Below are positions 1 to 11,800 of a stretch of DNA of 64,000 nt, piece by piece (positions within the stretch are counted from its first letter, which is position 1; each line of letters opens with the position of its first letter). A model generated the notes under the pieces. The model saw only the letters and a program-made list of their open reading frames with translations, made no database searches and had not been told where the DNA came from. The position numbers and the translations under genes are program-made. This DNA is from Antedon mediterranea (Eukaryota; Animalia; Echinodermata), in assembly GCF_964355755.1 (NCBI RefSeq), contig NC_092675.1, forward strand, positions 18,572,912 through 18,636,911, in the 5' to 3' direction.

Positions 1-230
1 ACAAACACATATTATACAAATAAACTTTATTACTGTGAATGTGGGTAGGCCCTACTGTTAAATATACAAACACATATTATACAAATGAACTTTATTACTG
101 TGAATGTGGGTAGGCCCTACTGTTAAATATACAAACACATATTATACAAATGAACTTTATTACTGCGAATGTGGGTAGGCCCTACTGTTAAATATACAAA
201 CACATAATATACAAATGAACTTTATTACTG
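1..230. repeat. 65-bp minisatellite, ~3.5 units (probably continues upstream of the window)
   Basis: ACAAACACATATTATACAAA..GTGGGTAGGCCCTACTGTTAAATAT units start at 1, 66, 131 and 196. Confidence 0.95.
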
Positions 231-1036
231 ACAGTTGTTTCTTAACGTTTGTATTAATTATTTAATTACTAAACATTATATTTCAATCGACTATGACAGT
301 GACAGTTTTAACAAAATAATAAATCGCAAATGTGTTAATGTATTTAGTGGTATAATTTTTATAGGCCTATAAAACATGAAAAAATATTTTGTTAACTGAT
401 AAAGATGGATTAAGAATAAACGTTTTTCCTCTTTGTACCCATCTTCTTCCCCATCCCCCATCCCTCAACCCTTAATGTTATATACAAAACACAAATTGGG
501 TTTATTTAAATGAGTCCAAATCAAAAATTTTGTGACAAGTTTCTCTTTCGAAATTAATTCCCAGGGTGCTAATTTTAGTTGACTACATAAATCATCGTGT
601 ACGGCACATCAATTTACAGCGACAGCTGTACGGTGACCGCGTGCGGCGATATACTTAATCTCGCGATTGTTCTGAAATCAGATGTACATTCCTAATACGT
701 TGTTAAAATATGGTCCTCGGTCAATTTGTCCTTTAAACTCGGGCTGTTCGTGTTGACGGAACAAAATTTTGTGTGACGATATAGAGGGCACACCACATTA
801 CAAAAGTCATATTTGGCCATTATACTAATTTGACTGATGTACTGTTAGAAAAGATAATAACAACGGTTTCACCTATACCATTCTTACACGAGATTTAAAC
901 ATAGGCAGTCCGTCGTGTCGATGGAACCAAATTATGTGTGACGATATAGAGGGCGCACTACATTACTCACAAAACTTTATTAAAGTAGTTTGTTAAAATA
1001 ATATATCAATACATTTAACCTGTTTTTATTGTGTAG

Positions 1037-1399
1037 GTTCTAACTAAGCTAGACACATTTATGTGTTACGGTCCGGTGGTTCAAAATGGTTACGGTGCCT
1101 CATATAATCCTCATGAAGATTATATACTGTTTGCCATATCATCTTTCAAAGATTGTTCAGAAACCGATTCGACTATCTTTCGAGAGACTCTATATAACTC
1201 ACTGATGGACATGCATAACCTGTGTTTAAAGATGAGCCGGAAGTTACGTCGGCAGAGTGCTGAAGTTCATAATGATATCTGCACAGAGAACGGTGACGTA
1301 AAAAATGGTGACGAAGATTACGTATCGGAAAATTCAGTTCAAAATGGCGATGTAATTATAAATGGTAGTAGTAGTAGTAACAATTCTAATGGACTGTAA
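1037..1399 (+). CDS. ChAT: Choline O-acetyltransferase, terminal coding exon (upstream exons outside the window)
   Basis: Acceptor TAG at 1034-1036, then VLTKLDTFMCYGPVVQNGYGASYNP..ILFAISSF..C.ET.S..F. This matches the choline/carnitine acyltransferase C-terminus and is closer to ChAT (CYGPVVPNGYGACYNP..ILFCISSF) than to CrAT. Confidence 0.8.
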   Translation, partial: VLTKLDTFMCYGPVVQNGYGASYNPHEDYILFAISSFKDCSETDSTIFRETLYNSLMDMHNLCLKMSRKLRRQSAEVHNDICTENGDVKNGDEDYVSENSVQNGDVIINGSSSSNNSNGL

Positions 1400-1727
1400 A
1401 AAAACAAGGTACTTACGACTAGATTGATTTATCTAATCATGTTGAACCGTTTATAATAATTATTTTTGAGTCAAAATGTCCCGAGTCGACAAAGATTAGT
1501 AATGTGTCTGCTCTTGCCATTATTCTGTCCAACCCCCATGTGTATTATTGATACATAATGGTGTTCCTGTTCGAAATTGATTCTAACAATTTAACTTCCA
1601 TTTTAGAACCAAATCTAATCTAATAAGTCAGCTTATAAATGGAATACAATTTCGATTCTGGCGTAAAACATTGTTGTTGCTTGCTATTGTATTACAGTCG
1701 TATTGTCTCAAATTATGAAGCACAGTT

Positions 1728-1933
1728 TATAATTAGTGGGACAGTTTTTTTAAAATATATTTATCCTGGGCGACCTCTTCAGTCAAAGACTGGTCTCCCA
1801 GAGGGCCCAGTTGGTGATCAGTGGCTGTGATATAATTAGTGGGACAGTTTTTTTTTTATATATTTATCCTGGGCGACCTCTTCAGTCAAAGACTGGTCTC
1901 CCAGAGGGCCCAGTTGGTGATCAGTGGCTGTGA
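1728..1933. repeat. 103-bp tandem duplication of a SINE 3' tail plus flank
   Basis: TATAATTAGTGGGACAG..GGTGATCAGTGGCTGTGA at 1728-1830 and 1831-1933. Confidence 0.92.
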
Positions 1934-2160
1934 TGTACTAATACACTGGGTAACCCCCTACTCATCTCGAAAGATGTACTAGGTTCTTTAAAGTGCACAC
2001 GAGCTAGTTGTGTACACTGGACCTACGGTTTATAGTCCTTATCCGAGAAGACTCGTTCTACTACCAGAACCATGGAGTGAGTGAACCTCGAACCCCTGCC
2101 GATGTTATGGCTACGTAATTACGGTTCCACTGTCTTAACCACTCGGCCACTCAACTCACC
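1847..2160 (-). mobile_element. tRNA-derived SINE with Deu/Nin-like central domain
   Basis: Minus strand shows an A box TGGCCGAGTGG, a B-box-like GGTTCGAG, a core TCGGATAAGGACTATAAACCGTAGGTCC..TTAAAGAACC and an A-rich tail. Confidence 0.75.
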
Positions 2161-3107
2161 AGTAGGTATATTTCCTATGGTCATGCTCACCCGATGGGCA
2201 GAGCATGTATGACTAGAATTATCAAAACTGGTACACATGCGATAACTATGATACTCTATGACTTATTTTTTTACTTTTACGTTTTAAAGTAACAGTACAA
2301 ATCTATTTTAACATAAACCTTTGAGTAACGTGTGAAATATTTATTTAGAAACCACTACCTATAATCTAGCATACTTTATTTAAGTAAAATAATATAGATA
2401 AGTAAATATACGTATAAAGAACATCGATGCAATAAAACAGAGTTTACCTATTTTTAAATTAATGGTGCGTGTAAGTATAATTAATAATATAATATAACAA
2501 ATATATAATCTATTGTATGTGAATAAGTACAGTACATGTTAGGGTAGTTATAATGCAACGTGATTAGCAGAAATGTTATACACTGAATATAATACAATTT
2601 TCCATTTTCCTATAAGATAATATCAAAATTTTGGAGTCTATTATACAATTTAGAGTCATAAAAACCATGGTTAATATGAAGTTAGTTTTATTTTGTGCTA
2701 ATGATTTATCTAATAGCAACATGTATACAGCCATACAATTACAGACAGGCCATGATTAGTAATGTAATTTAGATCAAGGCAATTTTTAGAGCTAATGGTG
2801 TCATGTATTTAGCATTGTACAAGTAAGAAGCTGACATCAAGAGGATTCAAACTCAATCATCATCCATTTCAACTCTAAATTGAATAACTGATATTCGGTA
2901 TTGTAGCTATACAATTTGCCCAGTAAAAATAATTCTATGCTACAGAATTTCATATATATGATATCACGGAATTTGATTATTCAACTCAGTAATTTCTGGT
3001 CCATAGAAAGTATGATACTGGAAAATAGTTGTAGATACGTAGATATACTTGTATGGTGAAACCATTGAACAATTTAGTTATCTCTGTGGGTTGTATAGAA
3101 ATAGACT

Positions 3108-3257
3108 AAAGCCCTGTCTAAACTATCAAATTCTATGTGACAAAAAACGTGATGTGCCCATACATGGACACGATGACGTCATATCGCTACCATATTTGGG
3201 CATATTACTACCATATTTGGACACATCACACTTTTTTGATAGTGTAAAAAGAGCTTA
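3108..3257. mobile_element. MITE family A copy
   Basis: Consensus TIR AAGCTCTGTCTACACTATCAAA/TTTGATAGTGTAGACAGAGCTT (degenerate here), with internal GATGTGCCC and CCATATTTGGGCA subrepeats. Confidence 0.8.
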
Positions 3258-3658
3258 AAACGATAGAATTGAATTAAAAACCTTGCGAAATGTTACTGAA
3301 ATTAGACGTAACTGCATTCCAACATTCTTTCAAAATGATTTTGATGAAGTGATACATTTGTGTGAAGAGAAACTATTTATTTTGTTAAAAAGAAATTATT
3401 ATTATAACTTAATTAGCTTTATATTACTGTGTTAAAATGTCAGGGTGTTAATAGTGTTAAATCATGAAAGCAATTTAAATGCGCATTTTGCGGGATGTAA
3501 CATTTATGTTTCGTCATTTACACAGCAAAAGTGTATTCATTTGCGCTTAGTATTATAATGCACAATTTGATTTACGTACAATAGGGTTTCTTCTGGAATC
3601 ATATGGTTTATAAAAACTTAATTTAGAACATTACACAGTATAAAGGTGTACCGGCATT

Positions 3659-3772
3659 TAAAGCTCTGTCTGCAATCAAATATCGGACAAAAATGTACCA
3701 AAATATAGTAGTGATATAACATGGTGTCCATAATGGGCACATCACAGTTCATATAGTGTAGACAGAGCTTAA
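3659..3772. mobile_element. MITE family A copy
   Basis: TAAAGCTCTGTCTGCAATCAAA...ATAGTGTAGACAGAGCTTAA. Confidence 0.75.
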
Positions 3773-4097
3773 AGTAAAAAACAAACCTGATTTTTTTTAT
3801 TGATAATATAATTCTGCAGAAATTGGTCAGAATATAATATTTTATTTGAGCAATATTATTTAGTCTTAATAAAAATTATTATTTAAACTCCGGATAATTT
3901 TTATACTTTGACCTAAAACAATATTGGGCAAATATTGTTGTGATTAAACCAATACTTTTTAACATTTTATTAAAAAATGTAGAGTTGAGTGAAATTAATG
4001 GATTACGCGTTACTAATATTTGTCCTACTAATGTTAATAAAAATGAATAGAAAATACTTTATTGCTTATTTGGTTGTTTTTTTTTTAAACTAAACAA

Positions 4098-4211
4098 CTA
4101 CACTATCAAACTTTATGTGACAACAAAATTTGATGTGCCTATATATGGACACGATGATGTAATATCACTATCATATTTGGGCACATCACACATTCTTGTC
4201 AAACTAGTTTG
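4098..4211. mobile_element. MITE family A copy (ends eroded)
   Basis: CTACACTATCAAACTTTATGTGACA..CATATTTGGGCACATCACA..AAACTAGTTTG. Confidence 0.75.
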
Positions 4212-4996
4212 TTACACAAGCTGTATATTAGTCCCGCGTGACCGAGTGTGGTCGTAGGGTCGCTTCGCAAAGCTAAATACATCGATAATGTATTTATTAG
4301 ACATTTCAATTGATGTGAAAATAGAAGTTTAATAAAAACACAATCTTATGATCTTATAACAAAATTGATTATGCTTTCTGTTGGCCTATTATTAAAATGC
4401 GTTTATCTTATAGAAAGAGAAACTTTAAAAAATCAACTCTATTTTCGATACCTGTCAACATCAACGATTACAATTATATGACATGAATATGCAAAAGTCA
4501 TCCAACATGCAATACGCATAGCACAGGCAACGGAAAGGAAAGTATAAATAGGACATTCTTGCATCATTAGACCTCTAATATAGGTAAAACAATAGGGAAA
4601 TAATCTGTGTCTCTTCAGATTTATAATACAGTGACTCATTACATAAGTAATACTATCGTGACAAGATTACTTGAGGAAGTGATCCCATCACTCAATGAAC
4701 GTGTTTTTAAATCTATTATCACACATGCTCGTTATTAAAAACTATACAGAGTAAAATAGAGCACCCAAGTAGGGACATATCATGGGTAATGGATGGGGTG
4801 GTGCTGGGGTGGTTAGATGAGCAGGCATTTTAAAGTCTTAATTTGATTTTTTTGGTAGGTTCAATGAAACATGAAGGGCATCCAACAATTCCACTGCAGT
4901 CAGGGGGAATAATGACAAAAGGTTTCCTACTTTCTAGAAGGTTTATCAGATAATTTATATTGTTTTCACAACACTTTGATTTTGCCATTTCCCCCC

Positions 4997-5150
4997 TGAA
5001 TTGAATTGAATTGAATTTATTTGGAAAATCATCATAAAAAATACATACAAAGTGATAACATAAATTACGGACATTACAAATAATACATTTATAAAAGATT
5101 TTCCAGGATGGCCCAAAAAAGCTTATCAGCTTATTTCCATTGGGATCTTT
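4997..5150 (-). mobile_element. 3' end of a CR1-group LINE
   Basis: Minus strand shows CCAATGGAAATAAGCTGATAAGCTTTTTTGGG (stem-loop), then AATAAA and an (ATTCA)n tail. Confidence 0.5.
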
Positions 5151-6360
5151 TTACAATCTAAAATAAAAAATATAAACATTACAAAGTATAGCATTAAACA
5201 CGTAAATATAACAAAAACAGTAATATAAAAAACAAGTTAAATTAAAGACTATGATTGACTTATAAAGTTATTTGGTTGAACAGAAATGACTGGTTTTAAA
5301 CTATAGATTATTATATTGACATTTAGAGCCTCCAATTTTTAGTTTTCAATGTGGCCGCCTTTAAAAATATAAATAGATTCAAAGAGTCCACGTAACGAAT
5401 TTCATTCCAATTCTCATACGGTAACGTATATGGCGATATAAATAAATCGGCTGATATAATGCAGCTATAACACTAGTATTTATTGAAAACCCGGAAACCC
5501 GCAAGCCTTATGTAGTAATGTAGTAGGTGGGTTAGGTTATTATTTAACCATGGAGGAATTACGTGCTATTACAGTGTTCATTATGTTGAAAATCCCAATT
5601 GAAGGTTAAAATAGAATATTGTTGACAATATATATTGCATTTAATCATTTGTATTGTATTTTTCAACAAAAACAAATTCCATGCATACTGATGGACTAGT
5701 ACAAACATTACAAACATATTCTTGTGATAATAATAATAAGGAAAAAACAAATTTAAAAACGCTAATTTCACTTCCATGATTTGAAATTGTTTCGATGATG
5801 GCCTTCGTATTAATTTTTCGATAAAAGGAATACTATAAAAATTGTGGTAACTATCACCAAACCAATGTTTTGGTACCTTGGTTCATTCAATTTTTTTACA
5901 GCATGTGGCTTCAAAATCTGACGAGGAAGGGAACTTGAAACTAATTTTTCATTTGGCTTAGCATCAGATTAAATAGTGGCTATAAATATAAAATCATTGA
6001 AACAAAAATATTAACTCATTGTATTAACTTCAAAATAAATCAAAGAGTCATGATGTTGCCTTCCTGTGGTAGAGAACAAATCGTAAGTGGAGTCCTGAGA
6101 TCTTACTTCCTTTATAATACAGCAAATGATCCATTGTTTTAATGTTGTCATAGGATGAATTAACGTCGAATATAATTAAAATAATATTAACGGAAGCTAT
6201 TTAGACTCTAGGCTAATTTAGTTGTTTAAAACACGCTTGGCATTCATTCAAATAATTAGCAAGCGGAACGAAGGTTTATCCTTCCTTAACATGTCATACA
6301 GTAGGCCCCTACTTGCATTTTAAGGCATTGGTTGTAGCTCTCATGTATATTTGTGGTGTG

Positions 6361-6519
6361 TAAAGCTCTCTACACTATTAAGGTAGTTTGAACAAAAAGT
6401 GTGATATGCCCAAATATAGTGGGGATATGCCCATGTATGGACATGATAATGTCATATCACTACCATATTTGTGCATATCACCACCATATTTGGGTTTGAT
6501 AGTGATAGACAGAGCTTTA
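6361..6519. mobile_element. MITE family A copy
   Basis: TAAAGCTCTCTACACTAT...TTTGATAGTGATAGACAGAGCTTTA with the same internal subrepeats. Confidence 0.8.
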
Positions 6520-6713
6520 GAGGAATGAAATATGTATTTGAACAATTATGCTTTTTTTTGCACCAAGGGTGTGAATATAATTACTTAATTTTATTCACCG
6601 TCACTTCTGTTCAGAATAATAGAGTAAAGAGACGAAGAAATTACTAATAAATAATCAAGAAAATATACAGCTATTAAATTTATTTAATTTTAAAAATAAT
6701 AATATATTACTGC

Positions 6714-7656
6714 TATCTTGGGGTTGAAATGGATGCGGGTATGACTATGATTTCTCATATCTCAAAAACTATTTCTACGTCGTCTTTTCACTTACGAAAC
6801 ATCCGAAGGATTCGAAAGTTTATTAATGAGGCAGCAGCTAAACAACTTGTTCATGCTTTTGTCACTTCACGACTGGATATGGGAAACTCATTGCTATATG
6901 GGCTACCACAAAAACAACTCCACAGGCTTCAGCTGATTCAAAATACAGCTGCACGAGTTGTTAAAAACTACCAAGATATGCACACATATCAAATACCTTG
7001 GAAACTTTGCATTGGCTTCCTGTTAGGTACCGCATTGTTTTTAAAATATTACTCTTTGTTTATAAGTCTATTAATGGCATGGCTCCTGAATATATTTCTG
7101 ACATGCTTAGGCTGTATGTTCCCAGACGGAATCTGCGTTCTAGTGATACGCTGCTTCTACATCAACCTAAGTCTCACCACTCATGGGGAGACAGAGCTTT
7201 CACCGTTACTGCTCCTCGTCTATGGAATGCTCTACCGAGCTCTATCAGATTTTGCAAAACTGTTGATACTTTTAAAAAATTATTAAAAACACATTTATTC
7301 ATTAAGGCATATGGAAATCATGAGGTTTCTTAAAGTTCTAGAATTGTATAGTATACTTTTTCCTGACCAGCATTATCTTTGGGGTGCCTCTGTCTTGGTT
7401 GTTGTCTCTGAGCACCCGGTCGTCTGTGGCAAGGAAAATGTGTATCCTGTTCCTTTGTTTGGTCACCTAGGTAGGGGTCCGGGACCGCGACAGAACGAGA
7501 ACGGATGGGGACCCTCCAAAGAAATTGCATTTTATTTGTCGGGCATTTGTATGATTTGTTTTATTTTTTTATTTTATTTATTTATTTTTTTTTTAATGCG
7601 CCTTGAGCACTCTTGAGTGGTATGTGCGCTATAAAAATCCTGTTATTATTATCTTG
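6714..7656 (+). mobile_element. 5'-truncated L2-group LINE (ORF2 C-terminus, frameshifted, plus 3' UTR)
   Basis: LVHAFVTSRLDMGNSLLYGLP..LQLIQNTAAR, frameshifted to LHWLPVRYRIVFKILL..GDRAFTVTAPRLWNALP..FKKLLKTHLF. The 3' tail is GCGCCTTGAGCA..GCGCTATAAAAA..(TAT)n. TATCTTG occurs at both ends. Confidence 0.9.
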
Positions 7657-8731
7657 TTTAATATTAATAACGTATTATAACGTAACGGTAATAATGATAA
7701 CGTCTTAAAGTCATTGGCTGTAACTTATATTAATTAGGTAGGCTAAGAATATCAACTAGCCTTGGGCCTACGTTCATGTTTGTAAAAAAAACTAACGAAA
7801 AAAAAACATAATACTTTAATACTATTACAGAATAAGAGCCATGTGTTTTTATGACGTAACGACCGCTCTAAAGAGAGGAACTTTTCACTGAGTAATACTT
7901 ACTATTAGTGACTCACAAAACAGGGTTGATACTCCTATCGTATAAAGGCGAAATATTATGTACTTGGACAATAGAATACTTCCTCTATATGCTTTGCGTA
8001 ACAAATTATTTGAATCATAAAAAAAAAAATATATAGAAAAAACTGAAACATGAATATACCGTTTAGTGTAAACCAAGACAAATATTAACCTCAACCTATG
8101 ATCGAACACAATTTTAAATTTCAAAATGACTGACATATCAATCAGTACACGTTAATGATTGGTATTATTGATCATTGATTTTTTTTGTTTCTATAATTTC
8201 TTATTAAATATTGTGCTATGTAAAATGTGTAATGGAAAATAAACATGCATTAGTAAACCGTGAGCGTTGTACTCGCATACTCGATTTATTTATCAAATGT
8301 TGGTTATTAATAAAACATGTAGACTATACTAGTACAGAACTATCGTGGTTCAGAAATTCAAGTACCAAGGTGCAATTTATTTATTAATATTTCAGAATCA
8401 AAATACAATGTGTTGGATTTTGGAATAAAAACGATTAAATTAACAGCATCATTGGTAGTTCATATTCAAGTCATATTCTTCTATTTCATGATCAGTCAAG
8501 TTTCCCAATTTTCAAAGTTGTTTTTGTTAAAGCTATAATAGTTTTTATCATCTACTACCAATTAGATATTTGTTTCTGGTTCGGTTTCGTATTTTATACA
8601 TACTGTATTTGGAATTCTATAGGAGTTTTTTTGCCAACACAATGCTATTACTCACTTCACGTGCTTTAAGAGTAGTTAACCGCAACTCAATTGGCGTGCA
8701 ACCCCGGCGAAGAAAATATTCTTCACTTCCC

Positions 8732-8770
8732 TATAAAAACCCGGTCACTTGTTGAGCGCTTAGTTCAGTG
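8732..8770 (+). promoter_or_regulatory. Candidate TATA box and Inr of the MMP gene
   Basis: TATAAAAA at 8732, TTAGTT/TCAGT ~30 bp downstream, an inverted CCAAT near 8690 and the ATG at 8888. Confidence 0.55.
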
Positions 8771-8887
8771 TCGTCTGCCTATAAGTGTCTTGGGAGGAAT
8801 AGAGCTCAACTTAAAATACTGTCTGATCTAGGACACGACAGACAAGATACCGGTGTTCACTTCCAGTAGAACAGACAAGTTGCTAAC

Positions 8888-11800
8888 ATGTTGTCTGTTG
8901 TAGTTCTTTTGTCAATTTTAAGTGTTCGTTATGGAGATACTTCCCCAGTCACAAATGCAAATGCTGCAATGGTGAGTATATTCCGATCGCTTAGTTTTAG
9001 AATGCTTTCTAAGTTTGTTTATGTCATATTTTAAAATATTTTTTAGTTATGCTATTTAGGTTTTCTGAAGTTGAAAATTAAATAAATACAATTTAATTTT
9101 AAAACATATGTTTAAAATAAAACAAAGAGCACATTTCATTCTATACACAATTAAGAACAAGACAAATATGATAGAAATATATATATATTTTTAAACATAA
9201 CGTTCATTTTGCTTTGTAATTACAGAACAGGAATGTATCCCATTTACATCAACATTTAAAAAAAAATGTTATATCGGCCCACATTTATATTTTATTAGTT
9301 TAAGAGCACATTAAGATGATTTTTTTTATTGTGGTTAAAACAATTATGACGATTAATTTATTTAAGTGAATACAACTTTTCTAAACATGTTAAAACAGTA
9401 AAATTGAGACGCATGTGCGTCACCGACGTTAACATTATAAATTCGATTAGTCCGGCTATAATTTCATGAACTTTTTCACTGGTTAAACTCAATTGTACTA
9501 AATTTTAATTTCAAGATAAACAAATTATGAAGGACTCATGTGATACGTATACAGAGATGATTATCACCACTGATTTCCAAAACTTTCAATTCGATTTATT
9601 CGACTAATTTCCTCTTTTTCCGATACGTAAAATAGAAGGCATATTACTCCAAGGATCGAGCACGCGTGTGAACGGCTGCTATAGGACGAGCGTAAACTAG
9701 TTTTCAATTCGATAAGTCATCGAGAACTATCGACAACTTAATAATATAAAATTAAATATCAAATGAAATAAAACTGTAGAAATAGGACAATTTTTTTTCT
9801 AATTTGATAAAAGTAGTGTAGGCCTATCTGTAGAATGATTAGGTCCTCTATATTGTAGGCCTACCCGCCTACGCACCACCCCTATAAGTGATCTATCGCA
9901 ATTTCTGTGCTGTCATTCATGAATATATAACCTTTTATATTACTCATTTAGTCTAGTCTTATTCGACTTATTAATCGTAAACGAAAGACATTTGGCACAG
10001 AATGTTTGTGCATTGGGCTTAATAAATTATGTTTAAAGTTTATCAATATTCGAAATAAGCGTGCTACTGTATAAGTGAAAGAGTGCGTGCGGATGAGGAC
10101 ATGGCCTTTTAAGCATATTTATATCATTGGTCTACTCCCAAGTTAGCTGGTTTCTTTTATCTTTCTATTATAATTTTCTTCTCTTTGTGTCATTTTAAAT
10201 ACATCTTATACATAAATGTTTTTATTATTTCCTTACTTCAAAGGAATATCTGACAGTTTTTAATCACATGGATCCTGTAGATGCCAAATCAGGTCAACTT
10301 AGGTCACAGGATGAACTTATTGAAGGTCTTAAAAAATTCCAACGCTTTGCTAACATTTCGGTAACAGGTAAGAATTTGTCACTTAAAGTCAATCATAAAC
10401 TTTACTACGTGTATTTATTGTGCTAATTACGGATATACTGGTTGTGTTGAGTTGGTTGTAGGCATATTAAGGAACATTCGAATTGCGACGACCTGGGGCC
10501 TAAGGTATGTGTTACTTCATTTGTCCCATGTCATCGTCGTCGTCGAAATCGAGTCTTCGTTTTTTTAGTCTGTGTCTGTCTGAGATATAAAAAAATTGTA
10601 TTATATAGGTAAATTTGACGAAACTACTATGGAAATGATGAGTCTACCTCGATGTGGTAACCCAGACTTTGTGGGTACTGGTCAAGACGCAAGACGCAGA
10701 AGACGATACGCACCTCAAGGAAGCAGATGGCCTAAGAACGACCTTACTTACTTTATAGAAAACTTCTCACCTGATCTTTCACAAGCTAATCAAGTGAAAG
10801 TTATTCAAGCAGCATTTGATGTAAGATCCATTCTGTAATTCATTTTTAATAAACATCCAATGCACGATGACGAAACATAAACAATCAAACAAATAAAAAG
10901 AAAATAGATAAATAAATAAATATAAAATGTATGAATAGCAAATAGATAAATGAATGAATAAACGGACCGACGGCCGGATACATTAATAATGAACAAACGA
11001 AAGTATGAACATTTACGAGTCAATCATGTACAAATAAAAGAGAAAACGACACTACCATTAGGCCTATTAAAATTAGTGTAGAATTTCACTTAGCCTGTGC
11101 ACCAGAACCTCTACAAAATTATCATACTTATGTGAATGCCATTTTAAAGTGTAATGCAACAATTGTCGTTTTATTAGATTTGGGCTAAACAAACCGCATT
11201 GAGTTTCAAAAGACAGAATAGCAAGAGGGGAGCTGACATCGTTATACAATTTGCGAAAGGTAGCCACGGTGACGGCAATCCATTCGATGGCATCGGTGGT
11301 ACGTTAGCCCATGCCTACTTCCCACAGTTCGGTGGGGATGCTCATTTTGACGACGCAGAGCGTTTTACTCTAAATAGTTACTCAGGTAAGTTAAACGTGT
11401 GCATGTATTATTATAAACACGTTATATAGCACTTATTATAACACACCTGAGCGGATTCTTGTCATTTGATTGAAGGATTGTGGATCACATGATATTCAAT
11501 AACTACTCAATTGAACTCTGTGACGAGTATCGAGATTGATTTATGCAATATGCGCTGTGAGCGTACTGCTTTTGTTATAATACAGTTCATTCTTGTTAAC
11601 ACGTCTAATGAGTCTATGTACACCAATCCATGTTTCAATAGTAGGTTAAAGTTGTTAATATTAATAACTGTTTTAACCCTAAACATCACAATTGGATCAA
11701 AATATAATGCGAAAGATTAAGCATAGTAAAAGGCCTTTGTTAGGTTTACGGGACCCTTCCAACCTCACCCCTTACTCTACATCCCAAAGAAATAAGGGAT

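Noticed and set aside
2080-2160. tRNA gene
   Set aside because: A and B boxes are present but no clean cloverleaf is evident, and the sequence continues into a SINE body
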